64,000 nucleotides of DNA from Bacillota bacterium (lineage in GTDB: Bacteria > Bacillota_I > Bacilli_A > RFN20 > CAG-288), in contig DAISOU010000004.1 of assembly GCA_036830315.1 (NCBI GenBank), positions 30,357 through 94,356 of the forward strand. Direction: 5' to 3'. The notes under the pieces were generated by a model, which saw only the letters and a program-made list of their open reading frames with translations, did not search any database and was not told where the DNA came from. Below, one piece after another: positions 9,948-20,467 of this stretch. Position numbers and translations under genes: made by a program. Every line of letters begins with the position of its first letter. Position 1 is the first letter of the stretch.

Positions 9948-10913
9948 TTATTTTGATCTGAGAAGAAACGCCTCGCCTTCGTTTCCTAAGAAGACAGTTA
10001 TTTTCTGATTGTCTTTAAGAGATTTCATATTGCCTTTTGTGAAGTATCCTATCAGGGGGATTTCTAAGGTTGAATGGTCTTCTTCGCTTGATAAGACGGC
10101 GTCAGCATAGCGTGTTCCATCTATTTTTCTGATAACAGCCTGAATGACAACACCGCCTTTTTTTAGTCTTCTGCTCATGTTCTGATAAGCGTCGACGATG
10201 CCCTTGATGATAAAGAAAAGAGCAACGACAATCAGAAGAACACCTAAGATGATAGTCGAAGCTTTTCCGCTGGCTCCTTTGTCAAAGACTACCGATAAAC
10301 AGCAGATGACAACTCCGACGACTAAGACTAAATCAAAATAAAGGGAGATAAGTAAGAGACTCTTGATAAAGCCGTGGACTTTAAAAGGACTGGGTATATT
10401 TTTTGAAACGTTTTCTTCTTCTTCTTTCTTGAAATGATTCTTTTCGCCTTGACTGTTCAAAAGAACCGGTAGCTTATTGTCGATGAGACAAATCGGTATC
10501 TTCTCCTCTCGATAGAAGAGAGAGCTGACTGATTTTAAAATGAAATAACTGGCTATTGTTCCTTCAAACTGACGTCCGTCATCGATTGCAAAACGGGCAG
10601 TGATCAGACCCTGGCTCACATTGACGATCGTCGCTTCCACATATTCGTATCTTTCGCCTTGGAACTGTTTCTTTCTCTTTAAGGCCAGGAAGACGTCCAA
10701 AACAACAAAGACAGCGGCACTTGCAAAGGCCAGTATCACTATCACCAGGAAGTAGGTATAACTGGTATCTTCTTTGAACATCGACTCTTTATTGAAAATG
10801 AGAAGAAAACCGATTGTCGCTAAAAGAAAGGCTGGCAATAAAAAGGCGAGAAACATACAGGTCATGCCGTAAATTTCACTGATTTTCATGGAGTTAGGAT
10901 CTTTGTTTTTCAT
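9948..10913 (-). CDS. Hypothetical membrane protein with an internal duplication (two TM pairs, each followed by a ~100 aa soluble domain).
   Basis: 321-aa ORF. Hydrophobic pairs occur at the N-terminus and mid-protein. Each is followed by a basic stretch and a beta-rich segment. Confidence 0.45.
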   Translation of the reverse strand: MKNKDPNSMKISEIYGMTCMFLAFLLPAFLLATIGFLLIFNKESMFKEDTSYTYFLVIVILAFASAAVFVVLDVFLALKRKKQFQGERYEYVEATIVNVSQGLITARFAIDDGRQFEGTIASYFILKSVSSLFYREEKIPICLIDNKLPVLLNSQGEKNHFKKEEEENVSKNIPSPFKVHGFIKSLLLISLYFDLVLVVGVVICCLSVVFDKGASGKASTIILGVLLIVVALFFIIKGIVDAYQNMSRRLKKGGVVIQAVIRKIDGTRYADAVLSSEEDHSTLEIPLIGYFTKGNMKSLKDNQKITVFLGNEGEAFLLRSK

Positions 10914-11092
10914 TTGAATTATCCCCGTTTTGATAATTATAGCCTATCGGGAGAGACGATTTATTCAAATGTTTGAGAAAACGATTGAGAAAGGAATAAT
11001 TATTTGTTGAAATATCTTCATGAAAACAATGAAAAATATTTTCATAAGTAATATAATTAATATAAGTTTGTAATAAAGCGGAGGTTTGTCCC

Positions 11093-12106
11093 ATGGAAGA
11101 TAATAAGAAGATGTACAAGGATCGTGTCACGATCTATGAAGTTGCCAAGATTGCCGGTGTCTCCTTGGCCACGGTTTCAAGAGTCATCAACAACCATCCT
11201 AATGTCACCGAGAAAACCAAGAAAGCTGTCAATGATGCCATTCAGCGTCTAGGATATAAGCCTTCTGCTTTAGCTCAGGGCTTAGCTAATTCCCGCTCGA
11301 CCAATATCGGCATCATGATTCCTTCTACCGGTTACTCCTATGTTTCAAATATGTTGGATGGAATGATCGATATCGCCAAGATCTACGGCTATATCACTTC
11401 TATTTTCATCACTAAGAGAACCAAGGAAGATGCTGCTCAGGTCATCGAGTCTTTAATCAAGTCTCACGTTGACGGAGCTGTCATCTATGATGATGAACTT
11501 GGAACTGATGAAATCAGATCCATCCAGAATTATCATATTCCGCTTATTGTCATCGGCCACGATATGTCCGGTGATGCCTTAGGTTCCATCATCATCGAAT
11601 ACAAAGATCCGGTCATGGATGTCGTCAAGGCCCATATGCTGGCTGTCAAGGATGATGTCTATGTTCTCGATATTGTCAACGAAGGCAAGATGATTGATGA
11701 AATCAGAGATGGACTTCTCGAGTTTGCCTCAGCTAATGACAAGAAGATTACCCTTCTTCCCTACAACGATTCTTATGGTATTGTCTATGCCGGCATGAAG
11801 GAATTCTTCAAGACTCACAGAACCGGATACTTTGTCGCTCCCCGTGATTCTCTGGCTGCCGCTATTGTCAACGCTGCCTTAGAAAGCGGACTCAGAGTTC
11901 CTGAAGATGTTCAGGTTCTTGCTGAAGTCGGTTCTAAGTATTCCTATATCATCCGTCCGGAAATCTCTTCTTTCTCCATCGATATGTTCAAGGTCGGCTC
12001 TATCGCTGTCCGTATGCTCACCAAGTTATTGAGCGATCCGGATGGTCTTACCAATAAGACTTTCCGTATTCGTGCTCGATTCGATAAGAGAGATACCACT
12101 AAGTAA
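11093..12106 (+). CDS. LacI family transcriptional regulator.
   Basis: N-terminal HTH VTIYEVAKIAGVSLATVSRVINN plus a periplasmic-binding-protein-like core. Confidence 0.85.
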   Translation: MEDNKKMYKDRVTIYEVAKIAGVSLATVSRVINNHPNVTEKTKKAVNDAIQRLGYKPSALAQGLANSRSTNIGIMIPSTGYSYVSNMLDGMIDIAKIYGYITSIFITKRTKEDAAQVIESLIKSHVDGAVIYDDELGTDEIRSIQNYHIPLIVIGHDMSGDALGSIIIEYKDPVMDVVKAHMLAVKDDVYVLDIVNEGKMIDEIRDGLLEFASANDKKITLLPYNDSYGIVYAGMKEFFKTHRTGYFVAPRDSLAAAIVNAALESGLRVPEDVQVLAEVGSKYSYIIRPEISSFSIDMFKVGSIAVRMLTKLLSDPDGLTNKTFRIRARFDKRDTTK

Positions 12107-12139
12107 ACTATTTTCCTCATCCTTTTGGGAGGGTCTTAA

Positions 12140-13888
12140 ATGCCATTGTCTTTGATTCAGGTCTTAATGGAAGTAGGTGCATTAATCGGCATCATCATTG
12201 GCTCTGTCGTTGCTTTAATAGGCCTAGTTTTTCTTTTATTCTTTTTTGGAAAGAAAAGATATACTCACGCCTATTTTGAGCTTCAGAAAAAATACAGCGA
12301 CGTTCACAATATTTTAGTGACTGACTGTCAGGGGATGATAACTCGTCTTGGTGCTTTAGGTCAGTATTCTACTTATTATCGCAATCTCCATGATGAAAGA
12401 TATAAGCAGTATAAGGATATCGTCAATAAGAGAGACAAGGATATGGCCGTCTCTCTGGAGTCTTTGAAGACTCTTCTTGAGGACAAGAATTATAAGTCAG
12501 CTAAGGAAGTTCAGGAACAATGTCAGATATCATTGCTAGAATTCCAGAAGTCAGTTTCTTCTTTCAATGACGATCTAAACAGTCTTTTAAGAGATGAAAA
12601 CGACACTCGCGAATCTGCTCTTCCTGATAAAGAGATGTATCGCAAGATCAAGGATATCTATTCTAAGAATCAGGCGGAACTGAAACCTCTTGAGAAGAGC
12701 TTCAATATCATCTTTGCCAATTCCGAAAAGACTTTCTCTTCTTTTGATGTCCTTGCCAATGAAGCCAAATTCAAAGAAGCCAAAGCCCTTCTTCCAGATC
12801 TTGAAAAAGTCCTGAAAGCCGTTTTGGCCATCATCGATGATCTGCCGGTTTTGGAAACTAAGATCACTAAGGTAATTCCGGCTAAGGTAGTCGATTTGAA
12901 AAATTCCTATGACGAGATGCTTAAAGAAAACTATATCCTCGATTATCTTCAAGTCGATGAAAAAATAGCTGAGATCACTGCTTTGAATGAGCAGCTTGGC
13001 GAACAGATGAGGTTATTGGATACTTCCGGTGTCAACGAGAATCTAGATAAGATTCAGGATGAAATAAACAATATTCTCTTCTGCTTTGACGATGAGAAAA
13101 AAGCCAAGGCCGACTTTTTATCCAACCAGAATACCTTGTCTTGTTCATCCTTCGAACTTGAAAAAGAATATTCTACTCATATGAGACTTCTTCCTAAGTT
13201 CCAGTCCACTTATGTTCTCAATAAGAAGTATGTCGATCAGATGATCGCCTTAAAGAACGATATCGAGAATACCGGTTATCTCAAGCGTGAACTCGATAGC
13301 TATCTTGATACTTCCTCTAAGCAGCCCTATACCGTTATCACTAAGAAGATGCACGATATGCAAAATTCCATGGATAAGATCAAGAAGACCATGGCCGATT
13401 ATTCACTTTATCTTGCAAGCCTCAAAGACGAAAGCGAAAAAGTATATCTTGGTCTGCGCGAAAATTATGTCAAACTCAGAATCAGTCAGTCAAAACTCAG
13501 GCATATAGCCGTCAATTCTTTGATACTTACTTATAATCCTTCTTATGAGAGACTCTATAAGAAGATTATCGAAATCGACAATATTCTGCTTACTCCGCCA
13601 GTCGATGTCACTAAGGCGATGGCTGAATATCTTCCTTTTGTAGAAGAGACAGATGCTCTTATCAATGAAGTGATAAAGAAGAGCGATGAAGCCGATAAGG
13701 CTGAAATGGCCTTTGTCTACGCCAATGCCTACAGACAGGAATTCTCTAATTCAAGAGCTTTTCTGGAGACAGCTGAACAGGCTTATAACGAAGGCGACTT
13801 CCAAAGAGCCTTGTCAGCCTCTGTTCAGGTAGTCCAGGCCTTCTCGACTGATGACAGCGCTTCTCTTAACGGCAAGAAGAAAAGATGA
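12140..13888 (+). CDS. ezrA: Septation ring formation regulator EzrA.
   Basis: N-terminal TM anchor followed by ~550 aa of coiled-coil. Sits in the conserved ezrA-iscS-thiI arrangement. Confidence 0.8.
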   Translation: MPLSLIQVLMEVGALIGIIIGSVVALIGLVFLLFFFGKKRYTHAYFELQKKYSDVHNILVTDCQGMITRLGALGQYSTYYRNLHDERYKQYKDIVNKRDKDMAVSLESLKTLLEDKNYKSAKEVQEQCQISLLEFQKSVSSFNDDLNSLLRDENDTRESALPDKEMYRKIKDIYSKNQAELKPLEKSFNIIFANSEKTFSSFDVLANEAKFKEAKALLPDLEKVLKAVLAIIDDLPVLETKITKVIPAKVVDLKNSYDEMLKENYILDYLQVDEKIAEITALNEQLGEQMRLLDTSGVNENLDKIQDEINNILFCFDDEKKAKADFLSNQNTLSCSSFELEKEYSTHMRLLPKFQSTYVLNKKYVDQMIALKNDIENTGYLKRELDSYLDTSSKQPYTVITKKMHDMQNSMDKIKKTMADYSLYLASLKDESEKVYLGLRENYVKLRISQSKLRHIAVNSLILTYNPSYERLYKKIIEIDNILLTPPVDVTKAMAEYLPFVEETDALINEVIKKSDEADKAEMAFVYANAYRQEFSNSRAFLETAEQAYNEGDFQRALSASVQVVQAFSTDDSASLNGKKKR

Positions 13889-15030
13889 AAGAAGAAATAT
13901 ATTTTGACTGCAGTGCGACGACAAGACCATATCCGGAAGTCCTGAAGACTTTTGATGATGTGTCTTTTAAGCATTTTGCAAATCCTTCCTCTAATCACGC
14001 CTTAGGATATGAAAGCAGTGCACTTTTAGAAAAAGCCCGTTTGCAGATAGCTAAATATCTTTCCGTATCAAACGACGAAATCATCTTTACCTCCGGGGCA
14101 ACAGAAGGCAACAATCTGGCCATTAAAGGAACCTGCTACCATAACAAAGGCTGGGCCAAGAGAATCATCACCACTAAGGCCGAACATCCTTCGGTCCTTC
14201 AGGTTTTTGATGAATTGTCAAAAGAAGGATTTGAAGTTGTCTATCTCGATTATGATAAAGACGGCAAGCTTGATCTTGAGGAACTGAAAAACAGTCTCAA
14301 CGATCACACATCTTTGGTTTCTGTCATGGCCATCAACAATGAAATCGGATATATCTTCCCAATCAGAGAAGTTTATCAGTTGGTTCATAAATATTCAAAA
14401 GCTGTTTTGCATGTCGATGCCACTCAGGCTATCGGAAAAGAAGATATCGATTCTTCTTATTATGATCTGCTGACTTTCTCCGGTCATAAAATCGGCGGTC
14501 TGAAAGGCTCTGGTCTTCTTATCAAAAAGAAGAATGTCGAACTCGATGCACAGATTTTAGGCGGCGGACAGGAAAAAGGACTGAGATCTGGTACTTTGGC
14601 TGTCGGTCTTGACTGTTCTCTGGCAACAGCTGTCAGAATGACTCTTTCAAGCATGCCGGCAAGAAAAGAAAAAGCCAGACAGCTGAATTCTTATCTCCGT
14701 AATGAGCTTTCTAAGATCGATGAGGTGGAAATCACCAGCCCTCTGGATGCGACTCCCTTCATCTTGAATTTTGCCTTGAAGGTCCACAAAGGTTCAGTTG
14801 TCGCAGAAGCCCTGTCAAATTCAGGGATCTACGTCTCTACTAAAAGCGCCTGTTCTTCTAAGGAACCCGGTCTCTCCTACGTCCTGAAAAATGCCGGATA
14901 TAGCGAAGATATTGCCCGTAACAGTATCAGACTTTCCTTCTCAGGCCTTGAAGATATGGAAGAAGGAACTAATTTCATCTCTGAACTCAAAAAGATACTA
15001 TCGACACTCAAAGAGGATAATAAAAAATGA
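13885..15030 (+). CDS. Cysteine desulfurase (NifS/IscS family, class V aminotransferase).
   Basis: PLP-lysine region SGHKIGG and C-terminal active-site Cys loop STKSACSS. Overlaps ezrA by 4 nt. Confidence 0.85.
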   Translation: MKEEIYFDCSATTRPYPEVLKTFDDVSFKHFANPSSNHALGYESSALLEKARLQIAKYLSVSNDEIIFTSGATEGNNLAIKGTCYHNKGWAKRIITTKAEHPSVLQVFDELSKEGFEVVYLDYDKDGKLDLEELKNSLNDHTSLVSVMAINNEIGYIFPIREVYQLVHKYSKAVLHVDATQAIGKEDIDSSYYDLLTFSGHKIGGLKGSGLLIKKKNVELDAQILGGGQEKGLRSGTLAVGLDCSLATAVRMTLSSMPARKEKARQLNSYLRNELSKIDEVEITSPLDATPFILNFALKVHKGSVVAEALSNSGIYVSTKSACSSKEPGLSYVLKNAGYSEDIARNSIRLSFSGLEDMEEGTNFISELKKILSTLKEDNKK

Positions 15031-16211
15031 ACCAGACAGATATGATCATCGTGTTCTTCGGTGAGCTTTCCACTAAGGGAAAGAACATCATGAACTTCAT
15101 CCGCTTGTTGGGAAAGAACATCCGCTACGCTCTCAGAGACTTTAAGGCTCTGACTTTTGAAGTAAGGAAAGATCATATTTATATTCTTCTCAATGGCGAA
15201 GATTATGAGGAAATCAAAAAGAAACTGGTCAAAGTTCCGGGCATTCTTTCTTTTTCTCTGGCTAAGGCCATCGACAAAGATGTCGAAAAGATCAAAGAAG
15301 AGAGTCTGAAACTTTATCAGAATTCCGGTAAGGTGACTTTTAAGGTTGATACCAAAAGAGTCGATAAGACTTTTCCTCTTCATTCCGATGAACTTAATCG
15401 AGAAGTCGGCGGTTACATATTAAAGAACATCCCCACTTCCAAAGTCGATGTCCATCATCCAGAATTACTGATTCACATCGCTATCAGAGAAGAACAGTGC
15501 TATGTCTACGGAATCAAGGACAAAGCCATGGGCGGCTATCCTTTAGGTATAGCTGGAAAATCCATGCTTCTCATTTCAGGTGGTATCGACTCACCAGTCG
15601 CTGCCTATCTCATGATGAAAAGAGGAGTGAAGCTGGAATGCGTTCATTTTGCCGCTCCTCCCTATACTTCCGCTAAAGTCATCGATAAGATTCATGATCT
15701 TCTTCATGTTCTCAATGACTACCAGCCTGATATCAAATTGTATATTGTTCCCTTCACTGACTTGGAAAAGAAAATCTATGAAGTTGCCGGTCCTAGTTAC
15801 TGTGTCACTATCATGCGCAGAATGATGCTGCGAATCGCGGAAGGCTTGGCTTATCGACATAACGACTTAGTTCTCTCAGGCGGAGAATCTATCGGTCAGG
15901 TTGCCAGTCAGACCCTTCCTTCGATGAAAGTCATCGAAGAATGCGGAACTTTGCCTTTTATCAGACCATTGGCAACTTATGATAAGACTGAGATTATCGA
16001 TATTGGAAAGAAGATAGGTACTTATGATATTTCCATCCGTCCTTATGAAGATTGCTGCACGATCTTTGAAATAAAAGATCCTGTCACTGCTCCCCATATC
16101 GATAAAGTCAGAGAAATCGAAGCTGCTTTTGACTATCAGACGATGGTCAAAGACTGCATCAACAATGTGACCTCGGAACACGTGACTCTAGACAAAGAAG
16201 AAGAGTTCTGA
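15027..16211 (+). CDS. thiI: tRNA 4-thiouridine synthase (tRNA uracil 4-sulfurtransferase) ThiI.
   Basis: THUMP-like N-terminus and the PP-loop SGGIDSPVA. Overlaps iscS by 4 nt. Confidence 0.9.
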   Translation: MNQTDMIIVFFGELSTKGKNIMNFIRLLGKNIRYALRDFKALTFEVRKDHIYILLNGEDYEEIKKKLVKVPGILSFSLAKAIDKDVEKIKEESLKLYQNSGKVTFKVDTKRVDKTFPLHSDELNREVGGYILKNIPTSKVDVHHPELLIHIAIREEQCYVYGIKDKAMGGYPLGIAGKSMLLISGGIDSPVAAYLMMKRGVKLECVHFAAPPYTSAKVIDKIHDLLHVLNDYQPDIKLYIVPFTDLEKKIYEVAGPSYCVTIMRRMMLRIAEGLAYRHNDLVLSGGESIGQVASQTLPSMKVIEECGTLPFIRPLATYDKTEIIDIGKKIGTYDISIRPYEDCCTIFEIKDPVTAPHIDKVREIEAAFDYQTMVKDCINNVTSEHVTLDKEEEF

Positions 16212-16599
16212 TTTTATTAAGGCTGTTGGATTAAAATTCCATCTTAGTTTTTCAGATGAGAAAAGATAAAGTGCTTGTATAAGTCTTCTCTGCTAAGAAA
16301 AATTTCATAGTAGGCATTTTTAATCTTATACCTATAAGTTGGCAGATAGTAATTTGTTTTATCTGCTATGAGGCTTCAAGCGGAAGAGATTTAATTCCTT
16401 ATGAAAATGAGCTGCTTTAGTTCTTCCTCAATTGAAAAGCAGTCAAAAAAATAGAATGAATTTTTTTCGTTTTATAGGTTTTCAAATCGCTGTCTTGTGT
16501 TTCAATTATGTAGTATCTGTGGTATCATTTACAAATAGATATTTGTTTAAAAAAAGACGATATGTGCTTTTGTTTATTTTATCTCAAAGGAGTTCCATT

Positions 16600-18165
16600 A
16601 TGGGAAAGAAAGCGTTGATTATCGGAGCTGGCCCTGCTGGTCTGACAGCGGCTTATGAATTACTGAAACACAGTGATATTCATCCGGTTATTTTAGAGTG
16701 TTCTGGCGATATAGGCGGTATATCCAAGACTGTTTCCTATCATGGAAACCGTATCGATATCGGTGGCCATCGTTTTTTCACTAAAGACGAGAAAGTCAAT
16801 GCACTGTGGCAGGAAATCATGCCTTTGCAATCGAAACCAAGCATTGATGATCTGACTTTGGGTATTGAGAAAGATCTTCCTAGGGAAGGACCTGACCCGG
16901 AAAAAACTGATGACGTCATGCTTCTGAGAAGAAGAGTTTCCAGAATTTATTTCAACAAACATTTTTTTGATTATCCGATTTCAATGAAATTTGCCACTTT
17001 CCGCAACATGGGATTCTGCAACACCATGAAAGCCGGATTTGGCTATCTAGGTTCCTGTGTTCACAAGAGAAAAGAAACCAACCTTGAGAATTTCTACATC
17101 AACCGTTTTGGAAAATCTCTGTATCAGATGTTCTTTGAAGATTATACTGAGAAAGTCTGGGGCGTTCATCCACGTAACATTTCCGCTTCCTGGGGCACTC
17201 AGAGAGTCAAAGGCCTATCGTTGTTCAAGACACTGTTAAACGCTCTTACCAAGCCTTTTAAACACGGAAACAAACATACTGAAACCTCTCTTATCGAGCA
17301 GTTCTACTATCCTAAAAAAGGTCCGGGTCAGCTCTATGAAGAAATGGCTAAGAAAGTAGTTGCTCTGGGTGGAGAAATCGTCATGAATGCCGAAGTTACC
17401 AAAGTCATCCTCGACAAAGACAATAAAGTCGAGAAGCTTGTTGTCAACCATAATGGCGTTGATGAGGAATTCACTGGTGATTATGTAATCTCCTCAATGG
17501 CAATCAAGGATCTGGCTATGGCTTTAGGGGAGGATAAGACCGGCAAAGAAGTCTATGATATTGCAACTAACCTTCCTTATCGAGATTTTATTACGGTTGG
17601 TCTGCTTCTTGATAAGCTGAAGATTCATAACACAACAAAAATAAAGACTCTTAATAATCTGGTTCCTGACAATTGGATTTATGTTCAGGACCGCGGGGTT
17701 AAGATGGGACGAATCCAGATTTTCAATAACTGGTCGCCTTATATGGTTGCTGATCCGATGCATAAGGTTTGGATCGGACTGGAATATTTCTGCAATGAGG
17801 GCGATGAGATGTGGAATTCTTCTGATGAGGTCTTTATCAAGAAAGCTGTCGATGAACTGGTTTCAATCGGTGTCATAGATTCGCCAGCCGATGTCTTGGA
17901 TTCTGCTAAGTTCAGAATCAAAAAAGCATATCCGGCCTATTTTGGCACTTATGACAAGTTTGATGAAGTCAAAGATTATCTCAATACTATACCTAATCTA
18001 TATTGTGTCGGCAGAAATGGCCAGCATCGATACAACAATATGGATCATTCCATGGCCTCAGCCATGGAGGCTGTAGATATCATTATCAACAACAATCCCG
18101 ATCATAGCAAGATCTGGTCCGTCAACACTGACCAATCCTACAATGAGGAAAAGAAGCAAAAATAA
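16600..18165 (+). CDS. NAD(P)/FAD-dependent oxidoreductase (amine oxidase / protoporphyrinogen oxidase-like fold).
   Basis: GxGxxG dinucleotide-binding motif [21 protein letters not shown], preceded by RBS AAAGGAG. The longer upstream ORF extension is hydrophobic junk, so I rejected it. Confidence 0.7.
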   Translation: MGKKALIIGAGPAGLTAAYELLKHSDIHPVILECSGDIGGISKTVSYHGNRIDIGGHRFFTKDEKVNALWQEIMPLQSKPSIDDLTLGIEKDLPREGPDPEKTDDVMLLRRRVSRIYFNKHFFDYPISMKFATFRNMGFCNTMKAGFGYLGSCVHKRKETNLENFYINRFGKSLYQMFFEDYTEKVWGVHPRNISASWGTQRVKGLSLFKTLLNALTKPFKHGNKHTETSLIEQFYYPKKGPGQLYEEMAKKVVALGGEIVMNAEVTKVILDKDNKVEKLVVNHNGVDEEFTGDYVISSMAIKDLAMALGEDKTGKEVYDIATNLPYRDFITVGLLLDKLKIHNTTKIKTLNNLVPDNWIYVQDRGVKMGRIQIFNNWSPYMVADPMHKVWIGLEYFCNEGDEMWNSSDEVFIKKAVDELVSIGVIDSPADVLDSAKFRIKKAYPAYFGTYDKFDEVKDYLNTIPNLYCVGRNGQHRYNNMDHSMASAMEAVDIIINNNPDHSKIWSVNTDQSYNEEKKQK

Positions 18166-19754
18166 TGGATATCACCGCTGCAAATGAGCTGCCGCTTCCA
18201 AGAGTGAAAAAATCAATATCCAAGCCTTTGCGTTTTTTATATGAGTTCCTTTTCTATTTGTGTCTGTTTGTTTTCGCTTTGGTTTCCTATATTGTCATCA
18301 CACCTTTGTTCAATACTCCCAGAAATGGTGTCGTCGCTCAGTCTCTTACCATTTTGCTTTTGGCTATCTTAGGAGGTGTCTTCTATTATCTGAAGAAAAA
18401 CGAAAGAGTAGATCAGAAAACCATTTTATTGTTTATGATTCTAGTCGGCTATTTTATAAGATTAGGATATATCCTATATACTCCAGGCAGTGCCAGACAG
18501 CATGATACTTGGTCAACTAACTATGATGGCCATTTTGCCTATGCCGATATCATTTTTTCTACGGGTGCTTTGCCGACCACTAACGCCTATCAGTTCTATC
18601 ATCCGCCGCTCAATTCTTTGATAGATGCTGGATTCATGCACGTCTTTGAAGGAATAACCTCTTTCGTCAACAGCCATATGATCTGGCTGACTGGCGGTAT
18701 CGGCTTAGCTGAAACCCATGAAGCTTATTTCTCAGCCTGCCAGGTTCTCACTTTGATGTATTCAACTCTCATCATGGAGTTTGCCATTCGCTCTTTCAGT
18801 CGTCTTAAACTCAAGGGGTCAGCTTTTTATCTGGCTAGTGCCTTTATCTGCTTCTTCCCCAGATTCATTCAATTATCTGGACAGTTAAATAACGATATCC
18901 TTACTATCATGTTGTCTTTTGCCGGTGTTTATTTCACTTTGAGATGGAAAGATACGGATAATTGGCTTGATATCATCTTGATTGCAGTGACTATCGGTTT
19001 ATCCATGATGACTAAACTAAGCGGCGCTGTTGTCTGTCTTCCAATTGCCGTGCTCTTCATCTGGAAGTTCATACAGGTGATAAAGAACAAGAACGGCCTA
19101 GTCAGAACGATTATGCAGTTTATCGTCTTCTTGGCTATCTGTGCACCTTTAGGCCTTTGGTTCCAAGTTTATGCCAAAATCAGATTTGATCAGAGCTTCG
19201 GCTTTGTTTTCGGTAATTTGAATGATGCTTTATCAGTGAGTCAGTATAATTTCTTTGAACGCTTCCTTACTCCTTTTGCCGGTGATTTATTCAACAACGG
19301 CATCTTCTGCAATGCTTTCGAGGACTATAACCTATTTACCTACACCATGAAATCAGCAATCTTCGGTGAGTTCTCCTTCTGGCAAGGCGAAGGATTTGGT
19401 TTCCTGGCTGTTGTTTCTAATTATCTGGTGACTTTGTCTACTATCGTCTTATTCGTTATCTTGGCTTTCAAGAAAAAGTTTAACCTTCTAAGCAAAGAAT
19501 GGGTCTTTGCTTGGACGATGTTCTTAGCCTTTGTCTTCTCTCAGCTTTTCTTCAATATCAAGATGCCGTATGGCTGCACGATGGACTTCCGTTACATGGT
19601 TCCTATTGTTCTGCCTATGGGTTATCTGATCGGATCAATCGATGAACAGCTTAAGGTTATGTCAAAAGGGTATCAGATTACCGGCAGGGTTTATCGTTAT
19701 TCCGTCTATGCTTTCTTAGGAAGTTCAATGCTGTTTTATATGGTCTGCATCTAA
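18165..19754 (+). CDS. Polytopic membrane protein, possibly a GT-C-fold (ArnT/PMT-like) glycosyltransferase.
   Basis: About 12 predicted TM segments. The start ATG overlaps the oxidoreductase stop (TAATG). Confidence 0.4.
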   Translation: MDITAANELPLPRVKKSISKPLRFLYEFLFYLCLFVFALVSYIVITPLFNTPRNGVVAQSLTILLLAILGGVFYYLKKNERVDQKTILLFMILVGYFIRLGYILYTPGSARQHDTWSTNYDGHFAYADIIFSTGALPTTNAYQFYHPPLNSLIDAGFMHVFEGITSFVNSHMIWLTGGIGLAETHEAYFSACQVLTLMYSTLIMEFAIRSFSRLKLKGSAFYLASAFICFFPRFIQLSGQLNNDILTIMLSFAGVYFTLRWKDTDNWLDIILIAVTIGLSMMTKLSGAVVCLPIAVLFIWKFIQVIKNKNGLVRTIMQFIVFLAICAPLGLWFQVYAKIRFDQSFGFVFGNLNDALSVSQYNFFERFLTPFAGDLFNNGIFCNAFEDYNLFTYTMKSAIFGEFSFWQGEGFGFLAVVSNYLVTLSTIVLFVILAFKKKFNLLSKEWVFAWTMFLAFVFSQLFFNIKMPYGCTMDFRYMVPIVLPMGYLIGSIDEQLKVMSKGYQITGRVYRYSVYAFLGSSMLFYMVCI

Positions 19755-19825
19755 ATCCAAGTTTATTTGGAGAATAATAGTAAATCTATATTCCTTCTAT
19801 AAATCCATTTCTCAGTTCCGGCAAC

Positions 19826-19858
19826 AAAAAAGAGGCCGCTGGTGCGACCTCTTTTTGC
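19826..19858. terminator. Bidirectional terminator between the membrane protein gene (+) and rplT (-).
   Basis: Stem agaggccgc / gcgacctct, flanked by an A-run and a T-run. Confidence 0.6.
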
Positions 19859-19868
19859 TTAATAGCTA

Positions 19869-20243
19869 TTAGGCAGCTTTCTTTTCGTTGTCGGCGATAG
19901 CTTTCTTGGCAGTCTCAGTGAGATTGTGGAATTCAGTCGGATTAGTTCCGGCTAATTCACTTAACATCTTACGGTTGAGTTCGATGTTAGCAAGCTTCAT
20001 TCCGAACATGAACTTGGAATAGGAGATACCTTCGGCCTTGCAGGCAGCGGAGATACGTCTGATCCAGAGTTTACGATAGTCCTGTTTACGTTCCTTACGT
20101 CCGTTGAAGGCATAAGCATCAGCGCGTAATACAGCTTCCTTAGCAGTCTTGTAAAGTCTTCTATGTCCGCCGAAGTAACCTTCGGCTCTCTTCATGATAC
20201 GCTTACGATTTGCGTGTCTTACGGTTCCACCCTTGACTCTCAT
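19869..20243 (-). CDS. rplT: 50S ribosomal protein L20.
   Basis: MRVKGGTVRHANRKRIMKRAEGYFG. Confidence 0.95.
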   Translation of the reverse strand: MRVKGGTVRHANRKRIMKRAEGYFGGHRRLYKTAKEAVLRADAYAFNGRKERKQDYRKLWIRRISAACKAEGISYSKFMFGMKLANIELNRKMLSELAGTNPTEFHNLTETAKKAIADNEKKAA

Positions 20244-20263
20244 TATTTCATTTCCTCCGGTTG

Positions 20264-20455
20264 TTAGGCGATCAGATTCTTCATTCTCTTAGTTTGCGTG
20301 TTGTTGAGATATCTGGCCTTTCTATTGTGTCTGATCAACTTGTGGGTCTTGTTGTGAGAAAGATGGGAAGTGTTCTGATTCCACTTCTTGATCTTGCCGG
20401 TGGCAGTGATCTTGAATCTCTTGACGGCTCCACGTTTACTCTTCATCTTAGGCAT
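20264..20455 (-). CDS. rpmI: 50S ribosomal protein L35.
   Basis: MPKMKSKRGAVKRFKITATGKIK. Confidence 0.95.
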   Translation of the reverse strand: MPKMKSKRGAVKRFKITATGKIKKWNQNTSHLSHNKTHKLIRHNRKARYLNNTQTKRMKNLIA

Positions 20456-20467
20456 GTGAATGTCCTC

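Noticed and set aside
10955-10985. Possible cre (CcpA) site TGAGAAAACGATTGAGA upstream of the LacI-family regulator.
   Set aside because: Alignment to TGWAANCGNTNWCA is poor at the flanks, with only the central CG and a few positions matching.
14877-15383. 168-aa antisense ORF overlapping iscS/thiI, and a similar 164-aa antisense ORF at 45054..45548 inside pnp.
   Set aside because: Both are fully embedded antisense to well-supported conserved genes. They have low-complexity Ser/Leu-rich translations and no RBS.
16432-16599. Upstream extension of the oxidoreductase ORF ([18 protein letters not shown]…).
   Set aside because: The extension is hydrophobic, has no SD and is not dinucleotide-binding-like. 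The ATG at 16600 has a good RBS and begins directly with the GxGxxG motif.
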